NCBI RefSeq assembly: GCF_009834535.1
Contig: NC_045697.1
Span: forward strand, 57,476,001 to 57,540,000
DNA length: 64,000 nucleotides
Direction: 5' to 3'
From: Camelus ferus
Lineage: Eukaryota
Below are positions 25,131-39,124 of this stretch, piece after piece. The notes beneath the pieces are model-generated. The model was given only the letters and a program-made list of their open reading frames with translations. It was not told the origin of the DNA and did not search any database. The position numbers and the translations under genes are program-made. Position 1 is the stretch's first letter, and each line of letters opens with the position of its first letter.

Positions 25131-28100
25131 TTCATTTAGTTTTATATTACTTTACTTTATATATATCTCATATATACCAGATATGCCTGGGATTTGTGTT
25201 CTGTAGTTCAATCAAGGAAGGTAGAACTACTGTGACTGATATAAAATAAAGGATATACTATAGAAATTGGTTCTGAAGTATTTGAGGATTACATGAAGAC
25301 ATCTATGGGAGGTTCTTGCCTCTTTTGTCAGATGATGAGCCTGAAGCAGATGAGGGTCTAGAGCAATAGTAATCAGAAAGGAAAACTAGATGTGATGTGG
25401 GAAATTGTGAGGATCAACTAGCTCCAATAAGAAAAATTTGAACCAATGAGTTCAAACTGGCCTCCAACCTCCATGACATGGACAACTTACAGAAAACTCT
25501 GGCTCTCTTTTTCATTAAGTGGCATAGACACATCCCAGAACAAAGAGAAATTGAAGGAAGAGATCTAATAGGATCTGGAGGAGCTCAGATCCAGCTGTTG
25601 CTCCTTGCTAACAAAGCAATTTAGAGTCTAGTGCTCTACACCAGCCTTCACAGCATTATGTCTGTTGTTTTATATCACTTTTCAAATTTAACATAAATTT
25701 CTCTGGTAGTAAATCATAATCTTGGTACATACAGTGAAATGCACTTACAGCTTACCTAAGTTAAAAATAGTTTAAAAAGAAAAATAAACTAAAGTATTTA
25801 CAGAGATATGCACATACATTGTGCTGTGTAAATTTTGTTGGCTGCTGTAATATAGAAAAATCTAAAACATATCTTTATTATCATCTATATTTACAATATA
25901 AATGGATAATAATCTTAAAAGTCCAGTCTTTTTTATGACCAGCTTTAGATGATTTACTTTCATTGACTTAATTATATGATAGAGAGGAAACATTGTAATC
26001 AATATATAGACATAATTTAATGAGACTGTATATATAGTTTTTCAGGAAATTAATCGCATAGGTGTTCACTTCAAAGTAAGCACTAATTAAAATACTTAAA
26101 TATGGATCAAGGTGTTCTAAAATAGATAATGCCTATCATATAGTTTGTTTAGAATTTGTGAAATAAAATATGTTTAAGATTTCAACCACTCTTATGGAGA
26201 GATATAATTATATTCTTATTTTATAGACTAGTATGCTGAATCTTAGAGAGTTTCAGTGGCTTGGTCAAGTTCACAAAGTAGAAGAGCCAGGATCCAATTT
26301 CCAGACACCCTCACTCTAAAACCAGACTCTTTTCATGATGCTACATTGATTCAGTTTAAAACAGATGAAGGCAGGATGTAAGCCATAGTCACCATTTGTG
26401 TTTAAAGATTGAAAGAATAAATATTTGACAAATAAGTTTACTAATAAATTAAAAAAGAATGTATAAACTAAATAATAGTTGAGACAGTTAATGAAACATT
26501 CATTAAAATTATGAATAACCTTCATAGAACCTTAGAGATTCTTATTTCAGGCATGGAGGATTTTTTTTTTTTTTTTTTTTTTAGTATTTCTGGGGTCATT
26601 CAGTTTTGTCTTAGTGATGAAATCTGATTTATAAGAAACAAACTCGACAGCCACTGAATGCTAGAGTCATTTGGATATGTGAAAAATTCTAACATAACTT
26701 TTAGAAAGTTAGGAAATAAAAAGAAAATAAAAAGGAAAAGACCACGTTAAAGAACAATATATTAAATCAAAAATTTCAATAAAGAAAATATTTTGTATTC
26801 TTGAAGTGAAAATTTGCTTATTCATCTAATATGCGGAGTTTTTTTTTTACAATTTCTATCATGAAGGACCTCAACTTATAAATCAGCAAAAAATTATTTC
26901 TAAGTTATTCTTTGATCACTCTCTTTTATTAGAAACTTGAGATTCATAACTTGCTGAGGACATTATATTTACTCTTGTAAATGAGCTTTATGGACAAAGT
27001 TCCTGTCCTTTGAAAGCTTATGAACTAAGGTGCTAGTACACTGTGGTTGCAGAAGCAGAACACCAATTTATTAAACTAGTTTCTTATGGTAATATGTTAA
27101 ATTCACTTTCAAGTAAAAAATCTATGTTGAAAAAATGGTGTCAAGATATGTAATGCTAGAAGACTCTCCTATGTATCCTGGAAATTAAGGATGTTGTTAT
27201 TAGGAGAAAACAGTGCTGTGTAGGAGTTTGGAATCAGACAGATTTTTCTAGTGATAGTTTGATAGTTTGATCCTTCATAATTATGTTACCTTGAGGAAGT
27301 TAAAAAATCACACTAAGCTTCTCTATCTTTATCTGTGAATATAGATGGTGTTAAGTATCTCACGACAATTTTTCCAGGATAAATTAGCAGATTTTAATAT
27401 TTAGTAAATAATCCATTCCTAGAGCTTTATTTTTCCTGAATTATAATTAAATAAATTATGGTAAACATTATTGATTAAAATATGTCATGAGTTAAAGTTT
27501 TACTTTACAGTGTTATTCACAATTCTGACAGTCTGCTCATTAACAAGATCAATTTCAAAATCTCCTTTAATTTACTAGTTTTCTCTAAGAGCAGTTTCCG
27601 TTGGAATTTGCATATGACTACCTACAACTCATCACTGAAATTGTTCTAATGTAATCTCTATAGAGATGGGAGATGAATCTAGTTGTCCTTAGGGCTTTAT
27701 TTCCTTTTCCTTTTCCCTTTGGGTAGTTGATCATAGCTGGCCCAGGTGGATTGAACCAGTCTTTATTGGAAAAAGGCCTTTGCCTGAGGTTAGCGTTCTT
27801 GGTACGCAATGTGTTCGGAGGACCCTAGAACTATAGTTCTTGACCCTTGGAATACATGTTCTTTGCTTTTTCTTCTGGGTCTGGACGTACTTCTGCATCC
27901 CAGAGAAACTAGGCACTTTCTATTCCCTATTATGTTAACCTATAAATACACAATACAGCATAGCTGTGGGGTACGTTCATTCTTTTGAAGTATTCTCTGT
28001 CCTTTGCGCAGCCTGCCAACCCTGGGAAGGACATTTCTGCTAGAAATGTGGCAAGGAATATACAGAACATCGGTGCTATACTATGAAAAATGAAAATTAA

Positions 28101-28639
28101 AAGAACTAAATGCATTATATTATTTCTTTGCCTGTGAATTTTCTCCAATGAATCCACCATGATATCTGAAATAGGTCAAACAACTTTTGTGCATCTATAT
28201 CCAACTTGAGTCAGAGAAGTCTAACCTGATTATCTTAGCTAAAGGACTGCCCAGACCTATTTTCCTATTTTATTTTTATCACTGTGACTAATTATATGTA
28301 AATACTTTACCTAGGAATTTATGTTTATATGATTGTAGTGACAAAATCACTGGCTACTTTGTTCACTGTTGTACCCTGAGGACTTTGAACTATTTGCAGA
28401 ACATACTAAATCCTTAATTTTCATTGACAAAGAACACGTGAAATAAATGTGGGAAAGTTTAGGAAAAAAGTACAAAGCACTAAACAATTACCTTGTCATA
28501 CCTTCAAGGACTATTAGTTCATTTAATATTATGACTTATATAATAAATTCCTGAGAATATAAATTTAATAATGAATAATGAATAAATTCAGCACTATAGT
28601 GATGGAATATAAAAAGAGATGAGTAATATTTTTTCTCAA

Positions 28640-29120
28640 TCCAATACTTTGGCAGACACTGATGGTTGTCCTCTACCACCATATTTTTCTCCTTGAGGTT
28701 TAGAATCTCTTGAGTTTTGGGTAAGCACATACTACCTAACTAAAAATAATATTTCTCAGCATACCTTGGAGAAATGTGTTAATACGACCAGATTTTTTGC
28801 CAATGGAATAAAAGTGGAAGCCATATGTTACTTTTACATCTCAACTTTAAAGGAAAGGGGAGAACCCTTATTTTCTGTCACTTTTAAACCTGGCTTTGGG
28901 TGCAAATATGATGATGGAAAATGGAGTAGCCATCTTGTACCCAAATGGATGATGAAGATAGGTGCTGATTATGAAAGAGAAACAAGATAAAAAGACATTA
29001 AGCTTCTAACATTTAAAGGTGCTTTGTCAGTCTTCTTATACTCAGATTAGTAAGTCAAGATAAATACATGTCAGCTTTTGTAAGTCCTTCTGTTACAAGC
29101 CACAGCCTATAGCTTAACGA
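28640..29120 (+). mobile_element. Ancient MaLR (MLT1-like) LTR
   Basis: tggcagacactgatggttgtc start, tttctcagcatacctt, gccatcttgtaccc, tctgttacaagccacagcc end; highly degenerate. Confidence 0.55.
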
Positions 29121-29160
29121 ACTGCACATGTACTCGTAGCACTTCAGCCACCCATGTGGC

Positions 29161-29880
29161 TGTTATATTCTATCGTGGGTTCTGTTCGTTGTGGGTGTTG
29201 TCCAGAAAAAGTCCCACCGCAGAAGAACGAGATTACTCAAGACTTTTTCAGGTCAAGAGAGTGAGAGGGAGCCGAAGACCGACTCCCCGAGCTCTTCCAA
29301 ATCTCTCATATTTGTTGAGAATAGTCAAACAAAGAATCAAAATAAAATACATCATAGGAATGAGTAAGAGGCATGGTGTATGTGCAGGGATGCAGGTCAG
29401 CAGTTTCAGTTTGTGAAAAACAGAAACATTATCATCTTAATTTATACTTAGAATGTTACAATATTGATAGTACAAATGGTTATTTTAAACCTCAGTCATG
29501 AGCAAGGTTACAGTGTTCTGAACAATTGATAATGAAAAACCAGACCACCACAGAGTCTCCATACAATGATCAGAAATCATCTAAGCATGAGAAGCAGCCC
29601 AGCTGTTCCCAGCTAAGGGCTAAGTCACAGTCTTCTGTGAGCAGGAGTAGCCTAGACTATCCGCCTACGCCTGATAAGCGAAGCATGTCCTGCCAGTTTG
29701 GGCAAGGGACGAGTTATGGTTTTTCATAAGCACAAGCAGCCCTGAATCTATGACCTCGAACTAAGCAAAGCAAGCAAAGCATGTCTCTGCTTTTTACGGC
29801 AAGGAGACAGATTGTAGCAGATTCCTGCTAGCAAAGCAGCTTCAAGGCAACTAAGCTGTTTCATAGATAAGATGGTGACT
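29161..29880 (-). mobile_element. Solo LTR (probably ERV1-type)
   Basis: CpG-retaining ~700-bp block with TG start and antisense U5/R layout, plus repeated agcaaagcaagc-type U3 motifs; TSD and right end not resolved. Confidence 0.65.
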
Positions 29881-30095
29881 GGTATTGAGAGTTTAGTCTT
29901 TTAGACATTTTGCTTTGAAGTAGCAGTATAAAGACAAATATAGAAAGCATTGGTTTTGTTTATACATTTGACTATACATTTCTAATGTGCTTACATAAAG
30001 GTGAGAATACATAAAGTTGAGGATATTATTTGGTAAAAGCTATCATTACAGTATCAAAATTTGTTAACCCAAGTTTGTGCTCCCACATTCTGTAC

Positions 30096-30303
30096 CAGAG
30101 CTGTTTAACAGAAATTTCTGGATTAAAGAAAATGTTCTGTATTTGGATTGTACAGTATGACATCCACTAGCCTCATGTGTCTATTGAACATTTAAAATGT
30201 GGCTAGTGGAATTGGAGAAATGAATTGTTATTTTATTTTAATTAAATTAATTTAAATGTAATTAGCCACATGTGGCTAGTAGCTACCATATTGTACAGCT
30301 GAG
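30096..30303. mobile_element. MER3-like hAT relic
   Basis: ccactagcctcatgtgtctattgaacatttaaaatgtggctagt...tagccacatgtggctagtagctaccatattg. Confidence 0.75.
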
Positions 30304-32289
30304 TTCTAAACTTTGCAATTGCTGAGAAATGTATCCCTTTGATAACCCCAGTTTCACAAATGCTATTTCGTAGTCGTGTTATTTTTCACCTCCTATCTTT
30401 CAAGGACTCTTCTAAAATGTTAATGTCATGAAAGTAAGAAAAAAAAGATTCTAGAATTATAAATTATCAATTATTGGATCCTTGATTGAATTCTCAATTA
30501 AAAATAAAATTGTTAAAAAGGATATTATAAAGCGTACATTATCTAAACAATAGGAGAAATCAGAATATAGACTCTATATTAGGTAACAACACTTTATCAT
30601 TATTAAATTTCTTAAGTGTTTCTGAGTGTGATAATTTATTGTGACTATGTAGAAGCATATACTTGTTCATAGTATATAAAAAATTTAAAGCCAACAAAGG
30701 AATGACATATTTAAAGTGCTGAAAGAAGCAAAGCCTTTCTTCAAGTTCTGCATGTAACAAAAATCCTTCAAAAATGAAGTCAGTTTCCGCTTTGTGCCCC
30801 GGGATGCAGAGGACTGAAAGAAGCTCTTTTCTCTCCTTTCAACAAGAAAATTCAGAGTTAATATCAAATTGCTGGCTTTTTCCCCCACAAAAGTCATCAT
30901 AGAGTTGAGGTAGGAGAAGAAACTGCTGGCCCCAAATCTGAGGAGAAACAGTACCTTAAGGAGGAGAGGAGACTGGAACCCAGGCCCATCTGGGGTAGGA
31001 CAGCAGTAAGAAGAGTTCAACTGGAAGCTCGGACAAATTGGGAAAGACTGCGTGGGGTGGCAAGGTAGTGTGAAATCCCCGGAGAGGCCAGACTGGGGCA
31101 TCTTCAGCCCTTTACAGGATCTTGGCCATGAATCCACAGGGTGGACAGACACAAAGATCAGAAAGAGCCCCAGCAAGTGTCCATGTTGGTGCCGATGTGG
31201 GCAGGATAGCAGCGGTGTGAGAAAGAAACTGGGGGTGAGAAACTCTACACCCTTCCTGTTCAATGGAAATTCCTGCAGTGAACTAAATTTCCTTTCTCTC
31301 CACAATGGAGTAAAAACCTTAACCGTGGGGAAAATGGCAACACTGCTGGTTTTAAGATATTGGTGAATACTCATTACAGCTAGGGAAAGCAAGAAAGGGG
31401 AGTCTGAACCCACTTTAGGAAGTGCAAAATTAAGTATGGAGATCAGTACTGCAGGCAGGAGAGGGACAGGAAAAGAAAGGCTACACTGCCTAGAATGTGG
31501 AATTGGTCCTAGCCTAAGGCTGAGACTTAACCAGAACCCCAGTAGAGTGAATCCCAGCCTGACCTCTGGATCTCACCAAGCCCGTCAGCTAAGCTAATAA
31601 GCTTTAGGTGGCAAGTGCTGGGGGTGGGCAGGAGAGGAACAAGAGCTTGCCAAGATACACTCTATGCAGAATGGCACAAAGAGAAACTTCAACTCTTAAT
31701 AAAAGAGGTATGCTTTGGTACAAATCCCTGCATGAAAATTCTAGCAGAAAAAAGTGCCAATTTTCAGAGATAAAAAGATTTTTACTTAAATCTCTGTTGC
31801 CCTATACAAAACTTATGTACTTCAATAAATGTTTTTTGATGATAAGTGAGGTTTAGGGACCATTGATGTAAATAATAGCTGTATATAATAAATACTAAAA
31901 ATTGAGAGATATTACAAGGAACTACTTTGTGAGAGATTTGGATCTTTGTAGTCTGGAAAATATTAACACCTTTGGGGAAAAATTAATCTATGACAAATTT
32001 GGAAAGCAAAAACATTTTATTTTATATATGTTGAAGTCAAGGTAGGGCATCTATGCATGAGTGACTTCTAAAGAGAAGGGAATAAAGTACTGATGCTGAG
32101 ATCACAGGGATTTGATATGTGAAATTATGAATTCTGAGGGTCTTGGGATTTGATTTGGTTTCATCCTATTTCATTGTATTTTCAATTTCCACCATATCAA
32201 AACTGCAGACATTTTATTTTACATAAGTATAACTTCCAAAAATTGCCCTAAGATGGGAAAAAGAAATCTGACAGTCCTTTTACATTTTA

Positions 32290-33380
32290 GACAAATTGCA
32301 TAGATCCTTACTTTGGGTTGTATGTTCTTGCACAAGTGGATGATGAGGCGCACCACCCAAGGTTCTGCCTGGCTGGGAGGGTTTTCCTTCCGCGCTATCT
32401 CACAGGGCCAGCTCTAAGTGGGCTGTAGGGCTGTAGGGCTGTAGTGCCACTGCAGGGTGTTTTTTTTTTTTTTTTCCACATTCTTAGTGAACCCATCTAT
32501 TACAAAGCTTCTATTTTCCCCTTTTCTATAGGTTCATAGGGATACCTATGTTATCCTAGGTCTGAGATAGTTGAGAGACAGTACAATATCTGTGGGTGAA
32601 ATGGGACAGGGTTCTAGGCCTCCTGGAAGCTCATGTCTGCCCCACTAGTCGGTTTGATTCATCTGGTATATGAATTAAGTTTGTATCCATAACTGTAGAA
32701 CATGCTGCCTCCAGAACCCAAAGAAGTGTGATAGGCATTGTGATTACACCTTAGTGACAGAATAAATCAAATGAAATAATTCATTTTATACATTTTTAGT
32801 AGTATCTCTGTAACCTCAGAATACTGGACCCCTAAGGCCACTGGTGTGTTAGGCTCCTGAAATTTTATAATAATATATTCCAAACTCTCAAAGGCATTTA
32901 CATCACAAGGTCTCCATTGTATTGTCACTTTTTGACTATCTAGTTTGATTAACATGAAGACATTGATATAATTGCAACAGGGTTATGTTCCACAGAGCAC
33001 CCAGATATCAGTTCACTTTCATAGCAGAACCAATGGCAAGTTAACATACACCAGAATAAGACTGTAAGTATACTACTTGGGTGTCCAGTGTGTCCACTGC
33101 AAACTGTATATGATTTATTTTCCTGATAAGGATGGATACTGCTACATTTGGCAGACTAATGAATGCATCCTACATACCTGAGGCTGTAGTAATGCGATGT
33201 AGCAAAGACAGAACATCTAATACAGCAGCTGCAATGGAAAACAATTTGATTGTTTTTGTGATAATCTACTGATATCCTCTGGATCTATCAGGTTTTGGGC
33301 GGGAACGGTGAATTAAGCAGGGGATATAACAGGGTCCCACCAAACTTGCATCCTTTAGGTTGCTTCTCTTATAATTTAAT
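32290..33380 (-). mobile_element. Ancient ERV-L pol fragment
   Basis: Minus strand translates to PLNSP...ISVDYHKNNQIVSIAAAVLDVLSL and QFAVDT, a degenerate ERV-L RT N-terminal half. Confidence 0.7.
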
Positions 33381-35195
33381 CATTTGTCTTCTAATCTTTT
33401 TTTGCCTTCTGATGCAGAAAACTAGAGTCTTTCTATATTTTACCAATAATTTTTTCTGGCTTAAAAACTTGACTATTAAAGGATGGCTTATTATCTTTAG
33501 TCTTTGTCTTTCTCCTGAAGCGTTAATTTTCCAAGCATCAGATGCCATGTAATTATCATATCTTACATATTGCTCAAATGCCCATACTTGTATCTTATAC
33601 AAAAAGAAATGAAAATATATTGGTTGGGAAATTATATCTTATTACTTCAACTATGTATCAGTTAGTGCTTGATTAGAGAAATGAAAAGAGCATGAATGAT
33701 TGAATAAGAAATTTATTCATATAGATATGGATATAGAATAAATGATTTATTGTAAAGTTTATACCTTATGCAATTGCAGGAGCTGGTAGAGAAATCCTTG
33801 TAAGGTTGTTTCATCTGCAACTAGTATTAAACCAGTGACTCTAGATCAGACTAACTGGCAGTAAGGAAGGAAAGCTGGACATGAAATGGGCAAGAGCTAG
33901 GGCAAACCAGAGCATTTATTTGAAATTAAAATAGCATAAGCAGTCTGACTTTGACCAGGAGCTGAGAGTCAATTGTTTGCTTATTGATTTTACCTTTGGT
34001 CTAGTTTACTTTACACTCTTCGTTATTTTTAAGTTATATAATCACAAGTCCTTGTTATTCACAAATGGAAATGAAGCATGCTTTATTCAACTCTTGGTAA
34101 ATAGTATCTAGATGTAGTGTTTGGATATCATCGAGCAATAGTAGTAAACATAAAAATAAAAAAATTAAAATCGATATGCCTCTTATCTTAAATTATATAA
34201 TATTGGTTCTTTTGTAAACGGAATGTACCAGTTAAAATAAGATGGATTGATAAATCACTCAGAATAAGCAATAATGAAAATTGTTAATTTGCCTAATTTG
34301 ATGGTTGTTTTAGAACAAAGGGAGAAAATAATTGTGGTTATTTTACAAACAGCTTAAGGGAAAATATGCCCCATTTCAGAAAACAAGTTAGTGACAACAC
34401 AGCAAAATCACAGCACGAGACTATCTTCTTAGTTCTAATAAATTTTCATCTATAATAAAATCCTTGACCTCACTTTGCAATGGCTTGTTTTCTCTTTTAA
34501 CTTTGGTGACAAGGTAAAATAAGAACTTTATACAACACACTTGTAAACTTGGAAATAACATTCTGACTAGATTACAATGAAGATAAATTGTGTTATAGAG
34601 AGGATCATATGATGGTATTTGATTTTGATTAATTCCTTTTTTCCATCATGACACAGATAATTGAAAATTATATTTGAGCTAATTTTTCTTCTTTTGTTTT
34701 TACTTACAGATGAAATGCTTGGGATTTGATAAATTTGCAGAAGATTGTTATAGGAAATAGGAGATATCAGAACATATCCTGTGACACAGGAAAGTCCCTA
34801 ACAGGAGATAATAGCTGATAAGAAGTTAGAGTAATGGTATAGAATATATCATTATAATGAATCTCATACTTAAGGTTTTAACATTTATTTGACAAGAATG
34901 TATTGAATTCCCACTATGAAACATATATGTGAAAGACATAGTCCATATTTTCAAGAAAACTATGATCTAGAAGAGACCAAACAGTGAACATTTTATATAT
35001 ATATGTATATAAAATACCTTCAGTAAATACTATGAAAGACTAATCAATGTGCTTTGTACTTAAGTGGTTGAGGCTCATAACCATGTTGAGTATACATGTA
35101 ACACAGGCCTTAGAAAGTTCTTAGAGGAGGCGGCATCTAAACTGAAATATAAATAACATGTATAATTATGTTAAAATGCAAACTAATCAAATTAG

Positions 35196-35853
35196 TGTTA
35201 GAGCAGGCAGATAGCTAGATATGAGCAAAGAAAGGGGGACACAGACCAAATGGCAGGAATTGGGCAGAAAGGATGGGCACAGCCCAAATGCAGGAAACCA
35301 CACATCATGTAAGCAGCAGGGCTCCCTGGGCAGAGAAAGAAAAGCAGGAACTTTGGGGCTGATAAGGGCATCATGCTTTTTGGGGTGACAAGTGGCCTGG
35401 AGAAGAACAAAGAAAGGTGAGAAAAGGCAGGAATTTCTAGTGTCCAAATGTAACCTTTGCTCATTATGCCCTCATTTCAATAAAATTAGCCTTGCAGATC
35501 AGAAGTACCCATCACGCACCAACACCATGACACTTCCGATACAGACTAAATAAGGACAAAAATCCCTCCTCCCTTTGGGAAGGTGGAGGTGGGATGATAA
35601 TCAGGGAATACGACCCCAAACCCTTCCCTCCCCAATGAATATTCTGCCCATTCATTTTTACACCCTATGTAGCTAACTTGCTAAAGAAACTCAAGGCAGC
35701 TGCTCACCTGAGCCTGCCCACTCTCCCCTGAGAGTGTACTATCCATCCTTTAATAAATCCTCACCTTACCTTTTTCAACCACTATGTCTTGTCTCTGAAT
35801 TCTTTCTGGGACGAGACAAGAACCTGGAACACCGGTTGCATCTATCAGCAACA
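35196..35853 (+). mobile_element. Solo LTR copy A (ERV1-type, 658 bp)
   Basis: TGTTAG...GCAACA termini, AATAAA 35752-35757, 4-bp TSD TTAG (35192-35195 / 35854-35857). Confidence 0.95.
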
Positions 35854-36589
35854 TTAGTACTAAAACCTTTTCATGCATAATACTTTTCCTTTGCTACTTA
35901 CTACTCTTATTACGAAAATAAACCTCATTAACATAGTCTACAGGTGCTGCAAATTCTGTAATCTACCAGCATCACGTTTAGTACTATGTGGCAGCCAAAT
36001 TACATCTGGTATTACCTTCCCTTCTCTGATTAAGGTTCACCAGTATCTCTCATTTCCTCTGTGCCCATTCTCTTCCTATAAATATTCAGCTCTATATGGT
36101 TTTCTATTCTCTGCTCTGTGTTTCTGAAGTTAGGATTCTACAACAATATTTCCTGGCTCCCATGCTACCTCACTTCCTTTTAGAGAATGCTAATTAAGGA
36201 TTATCAAATTCTTTCAGTATCACGTATCCTTGGGCTTCAGTGCCCAAGGAATGGTGCCGTCATCAAATACTTAAAATGTATATTTGTGATTCTTATCGTA
36301 TCTTCATTTATTTTTAAAATTTATCTACATCAGGAAAGAGATGAAATGGGAAGGATGATAATGAATTTTAAAGAGTTTAATCAAGTCATATTTCAAAATG
36401 CAGCTGATGTTCCAGATGTGCGCCTCGTTGGAATAAATCAGTATGGATGCTGCATCAAGGAAGGCTTTTTTGCTCCATTGCTTTAAGTTAAAATACTTTT
36501 TAAATGGTGCTAACATAGAAAGCATAATATTGCACTCATATGAAGCTATCAACATTAATATCATATCAACATGAATCCTTTTACTCAGT

Positions 36590-37800
36590 GCCCCAATTTA
36601 ATTACATAAACTTTGAGAAGTTAACAGTCTCACAGGACAGCATGCTAATTCACTGTATTGATGATATCCTTTTGATAAAACATGCATTTGCCTTAAATAG
36701 CTTGCAAAGAGACAAACAATGAAGAATGGGAGGTTATTATGATCAGTATGTCCCTTGTTTAAATTTCTGGTGTTCCACTGGGACATATGTTGATAGAGTA
36801 ATAAAAGTATAGAAAGAAGTACCATTATTGGTGGCTTATGCCGAAGCAAAAAGTGCGCTGGATAAAGTTAAACTGATAAACTGGCAACGAAGACTTTACT
36901 CAAGGCTATTCCAATAAAATAGGCTGGAATTCAGCCTCATCTCAACTCTGCTGAAACGAAAAGCAGGAGGGTTTTAAGAGCTGAGATGAGCTAGAGGAAA
37001 AGTACAGAGGATATAGGGTGGAGGATGGTCAATAGGATGTATTGAGCACATTGAGTTATTCCTGAGATTGCAGACGTTTTTCTCTGGAATAGGCCATCTG
37101 TGTTTGTGAATTGGCCCCCTCTGGAGTTAGGCTCCATTCCTACCACAGAAATTTGTACCTATTTCAAAGGGATGGCTCCCAGGTCCTTGAGAAAGACATC
37201 CCTGAGTTGTAAAACAGAGAAGATCTTTTAAAAATATTTAAATGTCAAAACCACAGAGAATTAATTTACAGTTACAAGTATTCTAAAGTAAATTCTCTAA
37301 GAAAAATGAGGTCTAGAGTCAGAAAAGAGCCTGTCTGAAGTTTAGTTAAGCCAGAAGAAATATTAAGGCAATGTTGGTCAGTTACTTTTGATTTTGCAGA
37401 TAAGATTGTTGCTTATTTGGTTATTTGAACCATTTCCTGAATGATCTAGTTGACTTAATTGTCCATTTAATGGGAACCAAGAAAAGATAGCTATCTAACT
37501 TGTCTAACTGCATTGTTAACAGCTTTTCTTCTTTAGGATACAGGAGATGCAATAATGCAAGAATGATCTGTAAAGACTAGGGAAAGACATTTGTACCATG
37601 TTAGTCCACTTATTGAGAATCATAAGGTTCTTAAGTTATTGAAATAAACTACCCTTAGTTTGGAAAGTAATTTCTCCTCTTTTCTTCCTAATTTCAGAAC
37701 AATTTCTTTCTTGCTGCTAGGGTCTGATACGGTGTTGTGGAACATAAGAAATTCTCTGATATTAACTTCTCATTGTGAACTGGATTCCCAACTAGCTCTA
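36590..37800 (+). mobile_element. Ancient ERV-L pol fragment, interrupted by an LTR
   Basis: QDSMLIHCIDDILLI (YIDD homologue); an LVGL/FGFWR-like motif is split by the 36839-37380 insertion. Confidence 0.6.
36839..37380 (-). mobile_element. Solo LTR, MER4-group-like
   Basis: TG...CA termini, near-TSD CTTA/GTTA, motifs gaagactttactcaaggctatt and ggtccttgagaaagacatccctgagttg. Confidence 0.7.
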
Positions 37801-38226
37801 CCGAGTTTAAAATAGCACTTCTAACTTAGAATAAAATAGTGTATTTGAAATAAGGTCAAAGTTGGTTCTGAAAGCATAATTAAGTTCCGTGAGTGGTGTG
37901 TATGCATGTATAGTATGCAAATTCCTTTCATGAATAGCCATTGTCTTCCCAACCCATCTTCATATATACAAATTTCTTCTAATTTATGGTAGATGAAAGT
38001 CAAATCCTTCTCTGCTTGCTTTATGGTCTTAAGTAAATGTAGCCCTAAAGGGCAGTGGAAAAGTGAAACCCTGTTGATGAGTACATTTGAAAGGGTCCAG
38101 TTTTTCTAAGTTTAGTGTCTATTCAGACTTATAGGCACTGGACAAGGACTAGAAATATATTTGGTATATGGGTGACAAGGATTTTTGTGAGAAGTAGTAA
38201 GTGAAATAACCTCTAAGAAAGGGCTC

Positions 38227-38553
38227 TGCTGTAAACTAAATGCTTGTGTCTGTAAAATTCACGTTAAAACATTATTCCCAATGTGGTAGTGTTTGGAGGT
38301 GGGGCTTTTGGGAGGTGATTAGTGCCTCTATAAAAGAGATTCTAGGGAACTCCCTTGACCCTTCTTCCATCTAAGGACAAAGCCAGAGGGTGGCCTGCTA
38401 TGAACCAAAACGTGGGCTCTCACAAGACATCATCTCTGCCAGTACTTTGATCATGGACTTCCTAGCCTTTAGAACTATGAGCTATAAATTTCTGTTGTTT
38501 ATAAAGTACACAGTCTATGGTATTCCATTATAGTAGCTCAACTGTTCTAAAAC
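38227..38553 (+). mobile_element. MaLR LTR (MLT1A/MST-like)
   Basis: ttggaggtggggcttttgggaggtgattag...ggacttcctagcctttagaactatgag...ataaatttctgttgtttataa...ctaaaaca. Confidence 0.85.
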
Positions 38554-39124
38554 ATGCCCAGAATAATAGAGACTTCTGGTCAGCTTAAATGTTAGGGAGA
38601 AGGTCTTTATTATCTGGAAGTCAACGGTCCATTCACTGGATGCCAGCAGAACACCTTCCTTAGCAACACTGCAGTTTGCAGTATGGGATCATAAACAGTG
38701 TCTACAGAGGTAGAGATGGAGATTATGATGGCATCAACAAAATGGACTTTCTCCTTATCAAGGTGGCTGAGTAATTTGCCCTTAAATATAATTACATTAA
38801 AGCTCCAATAGCATATCTCAGAGAAATCAGCCAATTGCCTAGAGGCATGTCATCTACAATAGAATCAGTGCTTAATGGAGGAGTTTATTCAATCTAGAGG
38901 CAGTTCCCTGGAGGCTGTTGAAAAGTTCTTACTACTCAACTCCCTGGAAGTGCCTTAATTCCTTCCCATTTCCAACTTTGTTTTCAGACTCTGTGGCCAA
39001 TATGCAATATTCTTCAAATAAATCGCCTTTCCAGATAAATAAGAATTAATAACTGTTACAACAAAATACCACTAATATCACACAATTTTGATAAAGAGAA
39101 AACAATACATCCCACACGTATTAA

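Noticed and set aside
30685..31413. Longest ORF in the track (242 aa, minus)
   Set aside because: Non-ATG start, no recognisable domain, and it lies in GC-richer sequence next to L1-like fragments; most likely a chance frame in a repeat relic.
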